Source: a virus (taxonomy: Duplodnaviria > Caudoviricetes). Taken from it: a stretch of DNA of 59,836 nt. The notes beneath the pieces are model-generated. The model saw only the letters and a list, made by a program, of their open reading frames with translations. It had not been told where the DNA came from and made no database searches. Both the position numbers and the translations under genes were made by a program. The stretch is from positions 1-59,836 of IMG/VR virus record IMGVR_UViG_3300026184_000061. One strand, given 5' to 3'. Below are positions 1 through 8,924 of the stretch, in pieces (position 1 is the stretch's first letter; each line of letters opens with the position of its first letter).

Positions 1-127
1 CTCACAATGGTATGATCCATGTCTATTGGACGGATCACCTGGAAAGTACGGTCCCTGCGACTTGGCTCAAAGCCGTGGAGAAAAATTGATGCAAGCGGCC
101 GGAATCCTTTTCAAGTGTGGCCCCCGC
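1..127. repeat. Terminal direct repeat, copy 1 (probable assembly overlap of a circular or permuted genome)
   Basis: 1-127 is identical to 59710-59836; ORF 59589-59798 and the Nudix gene read continuously across the junction. Confidence 0.95.
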
Positions 128-473
128 CGTACTGCTGCTCAAGCGTAGCGATGAGGGCGATGCCGCTGGGACCTGGGCGCTTCCGGGCGGTAAAGTGGAG
201 GAAGGAGAAACGGACCGCGACGCGGCCTTGCGTGAATTGCAAGAGGAATGCCGGATCGTATTAGATAACAGCGAGAATCTGAAACTTCTTCATGTGAAGA
301 TCGGCAATCCGCTGTGCTACACCACTTATTCGGCGAATGTACGCGAGCCGTTCACACCGCAACTGAACGACGAACATACAGGTCATGTCTGGGCGCGGAT
401 GAATGATCTACCCGAACCGCTGCATCCAGGTGTTCAAGAAATGTTTCAAGACATGGGAGAACTACCACGATGA
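89..473 (+). CDS. Nudix hydrolase, apparently interrupted by a +1 frameshift at the C5 run 121-125
   Basis: Nudix box GGKVEEGETDRDAALRELQEECRI lies in the frame of ORF 117-473. The natural N-terminus MQAAGILFKCG starts at ATG 89 (TGATG overlap, GGAG upstream) in another frame. Confidence 0.8.
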
Positions 474-790
474 AGAAGTTTTTGGAGACAGCTACGCCGC
501 TCGGAGCCAGCGGGACTTATACCGGAGTAACTCGCCCGGTGAACGACACGCCGGATAAGGTCGAAGTATTCGCTGAGTTTCTCGCGGACCAAGCTTCGGC
601 CAACAACGGCGCTCAGCTCCAGGGTTCCGATGACGGCACGAATTGGTTCGTCATCGCTCAGGGAACCTTGACAGCGAGTGTTCCGCTGGCGCTCAGTGCG
701 GTGCTGCTCTATGCGAACTATCGCGTCGTCCTCACCAATGGCGGCACGGCGCAGACTTCTTTGCAGGTCAAGTCCGGCGTGACCGGCTAA
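470..790 (+). CDS. Hypothetical beta-rich virion-associated protein
   Basis: ATGA overlap with the Nudix gene; Ala/Thr/Gly-rich; lies in the head module. Confidence 0.65.
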   Translation: MKKFLETATPLGASGTYTGVTRPVNDTPDKVEVFAEFLADQASANNGAQLQGSDDGTNWFVIAQGTLTASVPLALSAVLLYANYRVVLTNGGTAQTSLQVKSGVTG

Positions 791-809
791 TCAATTTGAG
801 GAGAGCGAC

Positions 810-1073
810 ATGCTGCTGATCAACACCCCACTGAGCAAGCTCGACAGCCCGGACGTGGCTGTAGACTTGAACACTTTGGTAGAACAAGGCGAATACACTG
901 GTCTCGGCGTGACGATGACCAATGCTCCGGCGACTGATTCGAGCACGATCTTCAAGCTTCTTGTCAGCGTAGATCCGAGTACCGGCGACGTTACTCAATT
1001 CATCATCGATGCGGCCGGTACGGCTTCGCGTACCTACACCAAAGCGACGACAACCTGGGGAGCGTGGGCATAA
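810..1073 (+). CDS. Hypothetical protein
   Basis: GAGGAG RBS; 87-aa ORF in the head module. Confidence 0.65.
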   Translation: MLLINTPLSKLDSPDVAVDLNTLVEQGEYTGLGVTMTNAPATDSSTIFKLLVSVDPSTGDVTQFIIDAAGTASRTYTKATTTWGAWA

Positions 1074-2101
1074 TGGCTAAGCATATTCACATCCACTTAC
1101 ATCGGGCTGCGACTCGGGATCGTAAGGCGAAGGACGCTGGTGGTCCTTCCATGGTGCCTTCTATCGAAAAGGCGCTTCGCGGTTGCGAAGAGCGCCTGCG
1201 CTCTGCAAAAAGTAAAAAGGGGAAGGAACTTTTCAAGAGCGCGCTGTGGGACTACAAAGAAGCCTTGGCAATGGCGCATGAGGATTTGGATTACGACAAA
1301 TTCATGCGTCAAGCGATGTCCAAAACATCTCGCGGTGTCATGGCCGAGCAGGACTATCGGGTGAAGGGCGGAGACCGGGCGCGTGCAGGGGATATTGATC
1401 TAAAAGGTCGTGGCGAACTTACCGGCACCATCGTGCTGAAGGACGGCAAGACGTGGTATCGCAAGCCGAATGAAAAAATTCTATACGGTCCGTTCAATTC
1501 TGTGTCGGAGGCTAAAGCAGACGCGAGTAAACGGGGTGTGAAGATCGGCGATGCTAAGGACGAGCACATCGGCTGGAATGCGATGGTCAAAAAGCTGGAA
1601 AAGGAGGGTAACTCTAAGAAGTCGGCGGAAAAGATTGCCGGTGCCATCAACGCCAAGAAAAACGGCGATACGAAAGACGGAGACATCCCCACTACCGTTC
1701 GCACAGCAGACAGCCGCTGGAACGCAATTGTTGAGTGCGACAATTCAGGTACGACTTGTACTGCTGAATTCTATTCCGGCGACCGACCGATGCCGCGCCT
1801 GAACTTCACTGAACGTAACACCAATCACAGTGAAATGGTTAGGAAAGTTCAGACGATGCTACGTCGGATGAAGCCGACTGGTGACGCAGGTAAGAAGGGT
1901 TGGATTTCTTCTTGGAAAGTCACTTATCAAGGGAAGCTGATCGCCAAGGGCAGCATCGATGAGCCTGAAGAAAACCAAAGCGCAGCTCGGAGTCAAGCCA
2001 GAGAGGATGCTATCGAGAATATGCAAGCGTTTCTCGATGAAGATAAGTGGGGTAAGGCCAAAATCCAGATTGATGTCAAGTCTGTGAACATCAAAAGCTG
2101 A
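1073..2101 (+). CDS. Putative internal head (poly)protein with N-terminal KHIHIH motif
   Basis: TAATG coupling; Lys-rich modules separated by short Asp-ended linkers; directly upstream of the DUF2213 gene. Confidence 0.65.
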   Translation: MAKHIHIHLHRAATRDRKAKDAGGPSMVPSIEKALRGCEERLRSAKSKKGKELFKSALWDYKEALAMAHEDLDYDKFMRQAMSKTSRGVMAEQDYRVKGGDRARAGDIDLKGRGELTGTIVLKDGKTWYRKPNEKILYGPFNSVSEAKADASKRGVKIGDAKDEHIGWNAMVKKLEKEGNSKKSAEKIAGAINAKKNGDTKDGDIPTTVRTADSRWNAIVECDNSGTTCTAEFYSGDRPMPRLNFTERNTNHSEMVRKVQTMLRRMKPTGDAGKKGWISSWKVTYQGKLIAKGSIDEPEENQSAARSQAREDAIENMQAFLDEDKWGKAKIQIDVKSVNIKS

Positions 2102-2110
2102 GAAAACGCT

Positions 2111-3592
2111 ATGTCGACAAAAGACAAAAACTTCCACGTCATGGACCGTATGACGTTCTTCACTACTGCGAAGATCGGCCCGAAGCGCTCCACAACTCCG
2201 GAAGGTTTTTTACTGTGTGAAGAAGTGCCGATCGCCCGCACAGGTATGATGATCTACGGCCCTGATGAAACGCCGATTGAAATCGGGGACGAAGGGATCG
2301 CTAAGATCTTCCGAGAAGAAGAGGACGTATTTCGTCCGGAGACAATCGCTTCCGCGCAAGGTAAGCCAGTAGTCGATGAGCATCCGGACGATGACGTAAC
2401 GCCAGAGAACTGGCGTAAGCTCACTCACGGCGTGATGCTGAACGTGCGTCGCGGAAAGGGTGCAATGGATGATCTTCTGATAGGAGATCTCCTGATCACA
2501 ACGCCGGAAGGCATCAAGGCCGTGCAAAACGGCAAAAAGGAAGTCTCGCTCGGGTATGAAGCGGATTACGAGCCGCTAGGACCAGGCCGGGGCAAGCAGA
2601 GCAACATCATCATCAACCACATCGCTTTGGTCGACAACGGCAGGTGCGGACCACGATGTGCCATCAGTGACCATGCAACAGTGAAAGAGGAGCCTACTAT
2701 GGCAAAGCGAAAGGTGACTTCGGACAAACTGAAGGCCCTCCTGACTCGCGCCTTCACGGCGAAGACTAAGGATGAGCTGGAAGATCTGTCCAAAGAAGTA
2801 GAAGACGACTTCCCCGAAGAAGCGGGTTCGGGCGAAAGCGGCGACACGCACATCCACATCCACAGCGAGGGTGGAACCGCCCCGGCGGGCGAGGTCGCTG
2901 ATGAGGAAGAGCCGATCGGCGGCGGCGCTGAGGAAGAGGGTCGAATGGAGTTTCAGGATGATCCGGAAGATCAAAAGGTTCTGGCGCAGGTGCTCGAAGC
3001 CATTCAGAGCCTGACTGCTCGTATCGAAGCCCTGGAACAGGCTGCCACGGCGGGCAGCGCACCGGCTTCGGCCGGCGATGAGCTGACCGACGAAGGCGAT
3101 CTGGGCAAGGTGTCCGACGAAGACATGGAAGAGCAGATCAAAGACGAAGCTCCGGAAGGTCTGGGCGAGGAAGCTGTCAAGGCCAAGGATTCCGCTTATC
3201 TGGGCGAATCTTTCCGCGATACGATTTCGCTCGCCGAAATCCTCGTACCCGGTATCGCCTTCCCCACGTTCGACCGTTCGGCGAACCCTGGCGCAACCGT
3301 GAAGACGCTATGCGGCTTCCGTCGCAAGGCGCTGGATGCAGCGTACAAGGATGACACGAACCGTGCCATCATCGACGAAATCATGGGCGGTCGGGTTCTG
3401 AATACCAAGAAGATGACCTGCGACGCGGTCCGCACCGTGTTCCGTTCGGCGGCTGTCACGAAGAAGAAGTGGAACGCTGCTCAGCGTACTTCGGACTCCG
3501 CCGTGCATCAGCCTCCCACCCAGGGCCAGATGACCGGCCCGCGTTCTATCGCAGAGCTGAATCAGAAGCTTCGCGAACACTACCAGCACTAA
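2111..3592 (+). CDS. DUF2213-family prohead protease/scaffold protein
   Basis: TPEGFLLCEEVPIARTG, GKPVVDEHP, EVSLGYEADY and NHIALVDNGRCG motifs, followed by an acidic scaffold-like region. Confidence 0.85.
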   Translation: MSTKDKNFHVMDRMTFFTTAKIGPKRSTTPEGFLLCEEVPIARTGMMIYGPDETPIEIGDEGIAKIFREEEDVFRPETIASAQGKPVVDEHPDDDVTPENWRKLTHGVMLNVRRGKGAMDDLLIGDLLITTPEGIKAVQNGKKEVSLGYEADYEPLGPGRGKQSNIIINHIALVDNGRCGPRCAISDHATVKEEPTMAKRKVTSDKLKALLTRAFTAKTKDELEDLSKEVEDDFPEEAGSGESGDTHIHIHSEGGTAPAGEVADEEEPIGGGAEEEGRMEFQDDPEDQKVLAQVLEAIQSLTARIEALEQAATAGSAPASAGDELTDEGDLGKVSDEDMEEQIKDEAPEGLGEEAVKAKDSAYLGESFRDTISLAEILVPGIAFPTFDRSANPGATVKTLCGFRRKALDAAYKDDTNRAIIDEIMGGRVLNTKKMTCDAVRTVFRSAAVTKKKWNAAQRTSDSAVHQPPTQGQMTGPRSIAELNQKLREHYQH

Positions 3593-3605
3593 GGAGCAAG
3601 AGCCA

Positions 3606-4145
3606 ATGAGCAAGACCATGCGAATGAAAACTCGTGACGCGGCTTTCACGTATCGTATGGGCGCGGGCTATCCGGGTGATGTCGATCGCACCCATCCCGC
3701 TTCCATCGAGCCGAATCTGATCGATTCGGGTGCGCCTCCGACCGCCTATGGTCAGGGTGTCATCGTGGACGGCACGTCCCATGCAATCCGTCCGCTGACG
3801 TCCGGCGATTCCGGCGTCACTGAACTGTACGGCATCACCGTTCGTCCGTATCCGACTCAGCAGTCTTCGGGTACGAACTACGGCGCGGCTAGCCTCGGTT
3901 CCGCAACGCCGCCGACCTCCGGTATCGTCGATGTCATCCGCGAGGGTTACGTCATGGCCAGCATCGTCGGTTCGCCGGTGAAGAATGGCCCGGTGTATAT
4001 CTGGACGGCGGCCAGTTCTGGCAACCATGTCCAGGGCGGCTTCGAAGCGGCTGATGGCACGACCAACACGGCCTCGATCGCGAATGCGGTCTTCAACGGT
4101 CCTGCTGATGCGAATGGCGTCGGCGAAATCTTCATCCACGCCTAA
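3606..4145 (+). CDS. Capsid decoration/cement protein
   Basis: Sits between protease and major capsid protein; RMGAGYPGDV and GITVRPYPTQ resemble proteins at this position in DUF2213/DUF2184 phages. Confidence 0.7.
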   Translation: MSKTMRMKTRDAAFTYRMGAGYPGDVDRTHPASIEPNLIDSGAPPTAYGQGVIVDGTSHAIRPLTSGDSGVTELYGITVRPYPTQQSSGTNYGAASLGSATPPTSGIVDVIREGYVMASIVGSPVKNGPVYIWTAASSGNHVQGGFEAADGTTNTASIANAVFNGPADANGVGEIFIHA

Positions 4146-4165
4146 TCACGAGGGAAGTATCTGAA

Positions 4166-5284
4166 ATGAGCAAGCTGAATAAGATGCGAGCCAAAACGCG
4201 TGATGGCCTGACTTTCGACGCGCAGGGTTATCAGCCGATGGACGGCGTCGGTAACATGCGCGGCAAAATTCTGGACCATGCGTACAAGACTCACGACGGT
4301 GCCCGCACCGTAGACTCCACTGGCGCTTTCCTGATCGGTGAGCTGGAACGCCTGGACATGACCCTTCACGAGCCGCTGGCGGCAGTGACCTGGGGTCGTG
4401 ATGTCGATCTTCGCGAAGATGTGACCATCGCCGATGAGGTGTCGTCCTTCACGCTGTCGTCCTTCGGTTCGGCGGGCAGCTTGGGCCAGGGCAACGGTAT
4501 CGGCAACGGCAAAGCCTGGGTCGGTAAGAATACCGATCAGATCGCTGGCGTGTCCAACGACATCGCGAAGGTGCCGCACGAACTGCGTCCGTGGGCTCTC
4601 GAGCTGAAGTACACGATTCTGGAGCTCGAATCCGCTGCGAAGATGGGTCGTCCCATCGACCAGCAGAAGTACGAGGCTCTTCAGCTCAAGCATCAGATGG
4701 ACATCGACGAAATGGTGTACATCGGTGACACGAGCCTGAACGCGACCGGTCTGGTCAACAACACGTTGGTTACCAACGTCTCCAACCTGCCGAACGGCGC
4801 GGCGGCTTCGCCGACCTGGGCCAGCAAGACTCCGGACGAAATCCTCGCCGACGTCAACGCGGCGCTGACTTCCGTCTGGACGACGTCCGGTTACGCTGTG
4901 ATGCCGGGCAAGATCCTTCTGCCGCCCGAGCAGTACGGCTACATCAGCACCAAGAAGGTTTCGAATGCCGGTAACGTGTCCATCCTGAAGTATGTCCTGG
5001 AGAATAACATCCTGGCGACTTCGGGTTCTGGCAAGAAGCTGGAAATCTCGCCGCTGAAGTGGTTGGTCGGTGCGGGTTCGGGCGGTACGCTCGGTACGGC
5101 GGGCACGGTGGATCGTATGGTCGTGTACACTCAGGAGAAGAATCGGGTTCGCTATCCGATGACGCTTCTGCAGCGTACTCCGATCCAGTACGATTCCATC
5201 TACCACAAGACCACGTACTTCTGCCGTCTCGGTGAACTCGAGGTCGTGTATCCGGAGACCATCGGTTACTTCGACGGTCTGTAA
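4166..5284 (+). CDS. Major capsid protein (DUF2184 family)
   Basis: GAFLIGELERLD, YIGDTSLNATGLVN, WASKTPDEILADVN and C-terminal VVYPETIGYFDGL. Confidence 0.9.
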   Translation: MSKLNKMRAKTRDGLTFDAQGYQPMDGVGNMRGKILDHAYKTHDGARTVDSTGAFLIGELERLDMTLHEPLAAVTWGRDVDLREDVTIADEVSSFTLSSFGSAGSLGQGNGIGNGKAWVGKNTDQIAGVSNDIAKVPHELRPWALELKYTILELESAAKMGRPIDQQKYEALQLKHQMDIDEMVYIGDTSLNATGLVNNTLVTNVSNLPNGAAASPTWASKTPDEILADVNAALTSVWTTSGYAVMPGKILLPPEQYGYISTKKVSNAGNVSILKYVLENNILATSGSGKKLEISPLKWLVGAGSGGTLGTAGTVDRMVVYTQEKNRVRYPMTLLQRTPIQYDSIYHKTTYFCRLGELEVVYPETIGYFDGL

Positions 5285-5298
5285 AAGGAGTCGCTATC

Positions 5299-5718
5299 AT
5301 GGCTAAGAATCAGAAGGCCAATCAGGCCGAAGAAGCGGCAGTCAAGGAAGCGGCAGCCGAAGAAGCGGCAGCCAAAGCCGCTGAAGAAGAGGCGGCCCGC
5401 AAGGCGGCGGAGGAAGCTGACGCCAAGGTCGCTCAGGCGAAGGTTGAAGCAGAAAAGGCGACTCTGACGGCTGCTGCGAAGCGGGCGGAAGAAGAGAGTA
5501 ACCTGCCTAAAGATGTGGAAGCCGTCATCGTGACGGTCCCCAAGCGGTTGGTCCTTCGCCTGACCCACCACGAGGTTCGTGTCCTCGAAGCGGGCGTTCA
5601 GAAGGTGGAGAAGCACGTCGCCGAACATTGGTGGAGCAAGGTGAACGGGGTCAAGATCTTCGACCCTGACGCCCCCATCGGTGAAAAGCAGGCCGACGCT
5701 CCTAAGGAAGGCGAGTAA
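5299..5718 (+). CDS. Hypothetical protein with Ala/Glu/Lys helical N-terminus
   Basis: AAGGAG RBS; EEAAAK-type repeats; C-terminal VAEHWW motif typical of small post-capsid genes. Confidence 0.7.
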   Translation: MAKNQKANQAEEAAVKEAAAEEAAAKAAEEEAARKAAEEADAKVAQAKVEAEKATLTAAAKRAEEESNLPKDVEAVIVTVPKRLVLRLTHHEVRVLEAGVQKVEKHVAEHWWSKVNGVKIFDPDAPIGEKQADAPKEGE

Positions 5719-5776
5719 TCCATTCGGCGCTTTGTGCAGGGACGCACCTTGCGCCGACTTTTAAGAGGATACGAAC

Positions 5777-5998
5777 ATGCCACTGGAACAAAGCAGTTCG
5801 CAGGCAGCCTTCGAACACAACGTCAAGACGGAAATCGAAGCTGGGAAGCCTCAGAAACAGGCTGTCGCCATTGCTTATGAAACTCAGCGAGCAAACGACG
5901 AAGAGCCGAAGGAGTACGAACCTGATTACGAGGAAACCATTCCCGAAGAAGTTCCAGCCAGCGATTCTTGGGAACGTAGCACGGGAGGTGGGTACTGA
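5777..5998 (+). CDS. Small head-associated protein ([11 protein letters not shown] family)
   Basis: [34 protein letters not shown] matches a widespread phage motif. Confidence 0.7.
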   Translation: MPLEQSSSQAAFEHNVKTEIEAGKPQKQAVAIAYETQRANDEEPKEYEPDYEETIPEEVPASDSWERSTGGGY

Positions 5999-6231
5999 TG
6001 GCGACCAGCAAGTTTCAAAAAGCGCAGAAGCAGGCGGCCAAGAACTTGGATGAGCGCTACTACGCAGCCTTGGAAAACATGATGGATGACATGGCTGAAG
6101 CAGACAAACGATCAATGGAAGACGAAGCTTATCCTGCGGATCTGCATGCGATTCGACGTCGATATAACTTCGGCGTGCCGGGCAACGGCATCGTTAACGA
6201 TGCGCTAGATAAATTCGATATCGCGAGGTAG
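5998..6231 (+). CDS. Hypothetical protein
   Basis: TGATG coupling; GGAGG RBS. Confidence 0.6.
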   Translation: MATSKFQKAQKQAAKNLDERYYAALENMMDDMAEADKRSMEDEAYPADLHAIRRRYNFGVPGNGIVNDALDKFDIAR

Positions 6232-6235
6232 AGTC

Positions 6236-6526
6236 GTGGACAAGCATATTCACATCCATGTAACAGATAGCGGCATCGTAAAGAAGTCATCGCGAAAGAA
6301 AACGAAGGATGTTGACGGCAGCAAGCTCAGTGCGCAGGAAATGAACAGTATTCTGAAGCAGTCTGGGTACGGAGATGCGATGGTCAAGACTGCACGATGC
6401 GTAAAGCGAACTGTCATCAAGGCAGAGTATGTCTACGACATCACTTACGACGATCCGGAAGAAGGTGTCGGCCGAGGTAAAGTGTATGTCACCGAAGAAA
6501 ATGGAAGACTGAAGGCGGAGTTCTGA
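6236..6526 (+). CDS. Small protein with KHIHIH motif (putative internal head protein)
   Basis: MDKHIHIHVTD N-terminus resembles that of ORF 1073-2101. Confidence 0.6.
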   Translation: MDKHIHIHVTDSGIVKKSSRKKTKDVDGSKLSAQEMNSILKQSGYGDAMVKTARCVKRTVIKAEYVYDITYDDPEEGVGRGKVYVTEENGRLKAEF

Positions 6527-6527
6527 C

Positions 6528-6995
6528 ATGACTGTCGAAGTAGCGCAGTTCCGAGCAGATTATCCCGAATTCGGGTCAACGACCGACTTTCCAAATTCGA
6601 CGTTGCAGTATTGGATCAAGGTCGCCTATTCCATGCTGAACGCCCAGCGTTGGGGTGCGCAGCTTGACATCGGTGCAGAACTCTTCGTAGCTCACAACGT
6701 TGCACTGGAAGCAAAGGCCGCGAAGGAAGCGAAGCGAGGTGGAGTACCGGGAGAACAGACCGGCCCTGTAAACAGCAAGTCGGTGGATAAGGTGTCTGTC
6801 GGTTACGATACGAACGGGGCCGCCGAAGAAAATGCAGGTCACTGGAATCTGACTATCTACGGTACGCGCTTCATTCGTATGGCGAAGCAGTTCGGGGCAG
6901 GACCGATCTTCGTAGGTGTGGGTGTTGCGCCCCCCATGAACGGACCAGCGTGGCCTGGACCGCTGACCACACCTGGGTTCACCAATTTCGGGTGA
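6528..6995 (+). CDS. Head-tail adaptor (DUF4054 family)
   Basis: FRADYPEF, LFVAHN, SKSVDKVSVGYD and WNLTIYG motifs. Confidence 0.85.
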   Translation: MTVEVAQFRADYPEFGSTTDFPNSTLQYWIKVAYSMLNAQRWGAQLDIGAELFVAHNVALEAKAAKEAKRGGVPGEQTGPVNSKSVDKVSVGYDTNGAAEENAGHWNLTIYGTRFIRMAKQFGAGPIFVGVGVAPPMNGPAWPGPLTTPGFTNFG

Positions 6996-7000
6996 TCGCG

Positions 7001-7552
7001 ATGGCTAAGAAAAACGCCGCCAAGAAAATCGCCAGCAAAGCTGGAAATCTAACGAAAGATCTGGCTCGGTTGACGAAGGATAATGTCTTGGTCGGCGTTC
7101 CTTCTAGCCACGATGCTCGTAATGGAGACAGCGGCATCAACAATGCAACGCTGGCTTATATCCACGACAATGGATCGCCCGCTCGCAATATTCCAGCGCG
7201 TCCGTTCATGAAGCCTGGAATCAATGCAGTGCAGAAGGAAATCACTAAGCTTCTGCGTGGCGGAGCTCTGGATGTTCTCAGCGGGCAGTCAGGCGCGGCG
7301 GAAAAGTGTCTTCATAAGGTAGGACTGACCGCTGTGTCTTCTATCAAAAATACGATCAACGACGGCATCGGTCCTCCGCTCAAATGGGGTACTGTGAAGG
7401 GAAGACTTCGCAATCGTATCGCGGCAAAGGGGGCAAAAGCAGCTCTGGAAAAAGGTGGCGATAAGCCGAGCATGGCTGATGCGAAACCTTTGGTGGCTAC
7501 AGGCCAGATGCGCAACTCCATCACCTACGTGATCAGGGACAAGAAAAAATGA
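7001..7552 (+). CDS. Neck / virion morphogenesis protein
   Basis: LAYIHDNGSPARNIPARPFMKPG and KPLVATGQMRNSITY. Confidence 0.8.
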   Translation: MAKKNAAKKIASKAGNLTKDLARLTKDNVLVGVPSSHDARNGDSGINNATLAYIHDNGSPARNIPARPFMKPGINAVQKEITKLLRGGALDVLSGQSGAAEKCLHKVGLTAVSSIKNTINDGIGPPLKWGTVKGRLRNRIAAKGAKAALEKGGDKPSMADAKPLVATGQMRNSITYVIRDKKK

Positions 7553-7995
7553 CTATTGACGTTACAGACATTCTGGTTGACGCAGAACTGACAGACACGT
7601 TCACTGTCATTCGTCGCAAGGAAACTGTAGATGTACACGGTCGCAGTTCGGTGGTGGAAACCAAGTATCCGAATACAATCGGCGTCGTGACTGCAGTCAG
7701 CCCCAATGATCTGGACCGTCAAGATGGTTATCAGGTCATGAATCGGTCAATCAGTATCGTTAGTAATTTCTTTCTGCAAGGTGAGGTAACGGGTTATCAA
7801 CCTGACCTTATCTTGTGGCGCGGTAACAAATATATCGTCAAGACTGTGGACCCCTATCCGCAGTTCGGAGAAGGCTTCATGCAGGCCGAAGCGATGAGCG
7901 AAGACCGGACTGATACAGCTTTCCCCAAAGCGCCGCCTTCTCAATTGGCGTTCAACGACGCCGCTAACTCAGGTTATATGGTGACACTATGCTGA
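7549..7995 (+). CDS. Head-tail joining (stopper) protein
   Basis: Position in the module; PDLILWRGNKYIVKTVDPYPQFGEGF. Confidence 0.7.
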   Translation: MTIDVTDILVDAELTDTFTVIRRKETVDVHGRSSVVETKYPNTIGVVTAVSPNDLDRQDGYQVMNRSISIVSNFFLQGEVTGYQPDLILWRGNKYIVKTVDPYPQFGEGFMQAEAMSEDRTDTAFPKAPPSQLAFNDAANSGYMVTLC

Positions 7996-8318
7996 TTCAA
8001 ATCTTAGATGCTGTCGGCAGCAACCAGACAGTCATCGTCAAGGCGCAAGAAGCTGTCGTCGACAAGTCAGCTTCGATTGTAGCGACTAACACGGCACAGG
8101 ATCTTGCAGCAGCGAACGTCAATCGCAACGGCTTTGTCATGCAGAACCTGGGGGCGAATGACATGTATGTCAGCGATGTAGGGCCGGCCGACGCCGGAGT
8201 CACGTCGTTCAAAGTTTCTCCCGGCGCATTCTGGCCTCCTGCAGACTATCCTGTCAGTACGGGTGCTATCAGCGTATACGGTACGGCGAACGATGTAGCC
8301 GTTGCGAGGGAATGGTAA
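7989..8318 (+). CDS. Hypothetical beta-sandwich virion protein
   Basis: RNGFVMQNLG motif; inserted in the neck module. Confidence 0.6.
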   Translation: MLIQILDAVGSNQTVIVKAQEAVVDKSASIVATNTAQDLAAANVNRNGFVMQNLGANDMYVSDVGPADAGVTSFKVSPGAFWPPADYPVSTGAISVYGTANDVAVAREW

Positions 8319-8324
8319 TTCGTC

Positions 8325-8912
8325 ATGGCGACTGACAGCTCTACCGGCGGCGCTCTTGTACCGGCTGCATCCCCCGCTCCGTTGGAAGGGGATGCCCTCG
8401 ACAATTTCATTCAGGAGTGGATCATTTCTCTTACGAATGTTGCCGGTCAGAACGCTCGTCCTCGATGGCAGGAAGACCCACCTAACATACCGCCCCACGG
8501 GACGGACTGGCTGGCCTTCGGTATCACTGACGTTGGTGCCGACTCTTTCGCGGCCGAGGTCCATGACGGTGCGGGCGGCGCTGGACTAGGGTCTACTCAG
8601 CTTCGCCGACATGAAGTGTTGGAGATCTACACAACATTCTATGGACCGAATGCTGTAGACAATGCTAAGCTTCTGAGGGATAGTGCGCAGATTGCGCAGA
8701 ACCATGAAATCTTGGATGTAAATGGGTTCGGCTTCGTAGATACAGGTGAACTCACGCGTGTACCGGAACTGATTAAGTCGAGATGGGTGCAGCGAGTAGA
8801 TATCACCATTCATCTTCGTCGTCAGGTGGTGCGTGAATATAGTGTGCTCAACATTGCTTCTGCCGACGGCACGGTGGACAATGAGCATTCGGTGGATCCT
8901 TTCAATACTTGA
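8325..8912 (+). CDS. Tail terminator / neck protein
   Basis: ARPRWQEDPP and FYGPNA motifs; directly upstream of the sheath gene. Confidence 0.7.
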   Translation: MATDSSTGGALVPAASPAPLEGDALDNFIQEWIISLTNVAGQNARPRWQEDPPNIPPHGTDWLAFGITDVGADSFAAEVHDGAGGAGLGSTQLRRHEVLEIYTTFYGPNAVDNAKLLRDSAQIAQNHEILDVNGFGFVDTGELTRVPELIKSRWVQRVDITIHLRRQVVREYSVLNIASADGTVDNEHSVDPFNT

Positions 8913-8924
8913 GGAATGTGACTC

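Noticed and set aside
4142-5206. Long antisense ORF opposite the major capsid gene (and similar shadow ORFs at 3546-4139, 28970-29608 and 45181-46533)
   Set aside because: These are shadows of biased codon usage on the opposite strand, with no RBS or recognisable motifs
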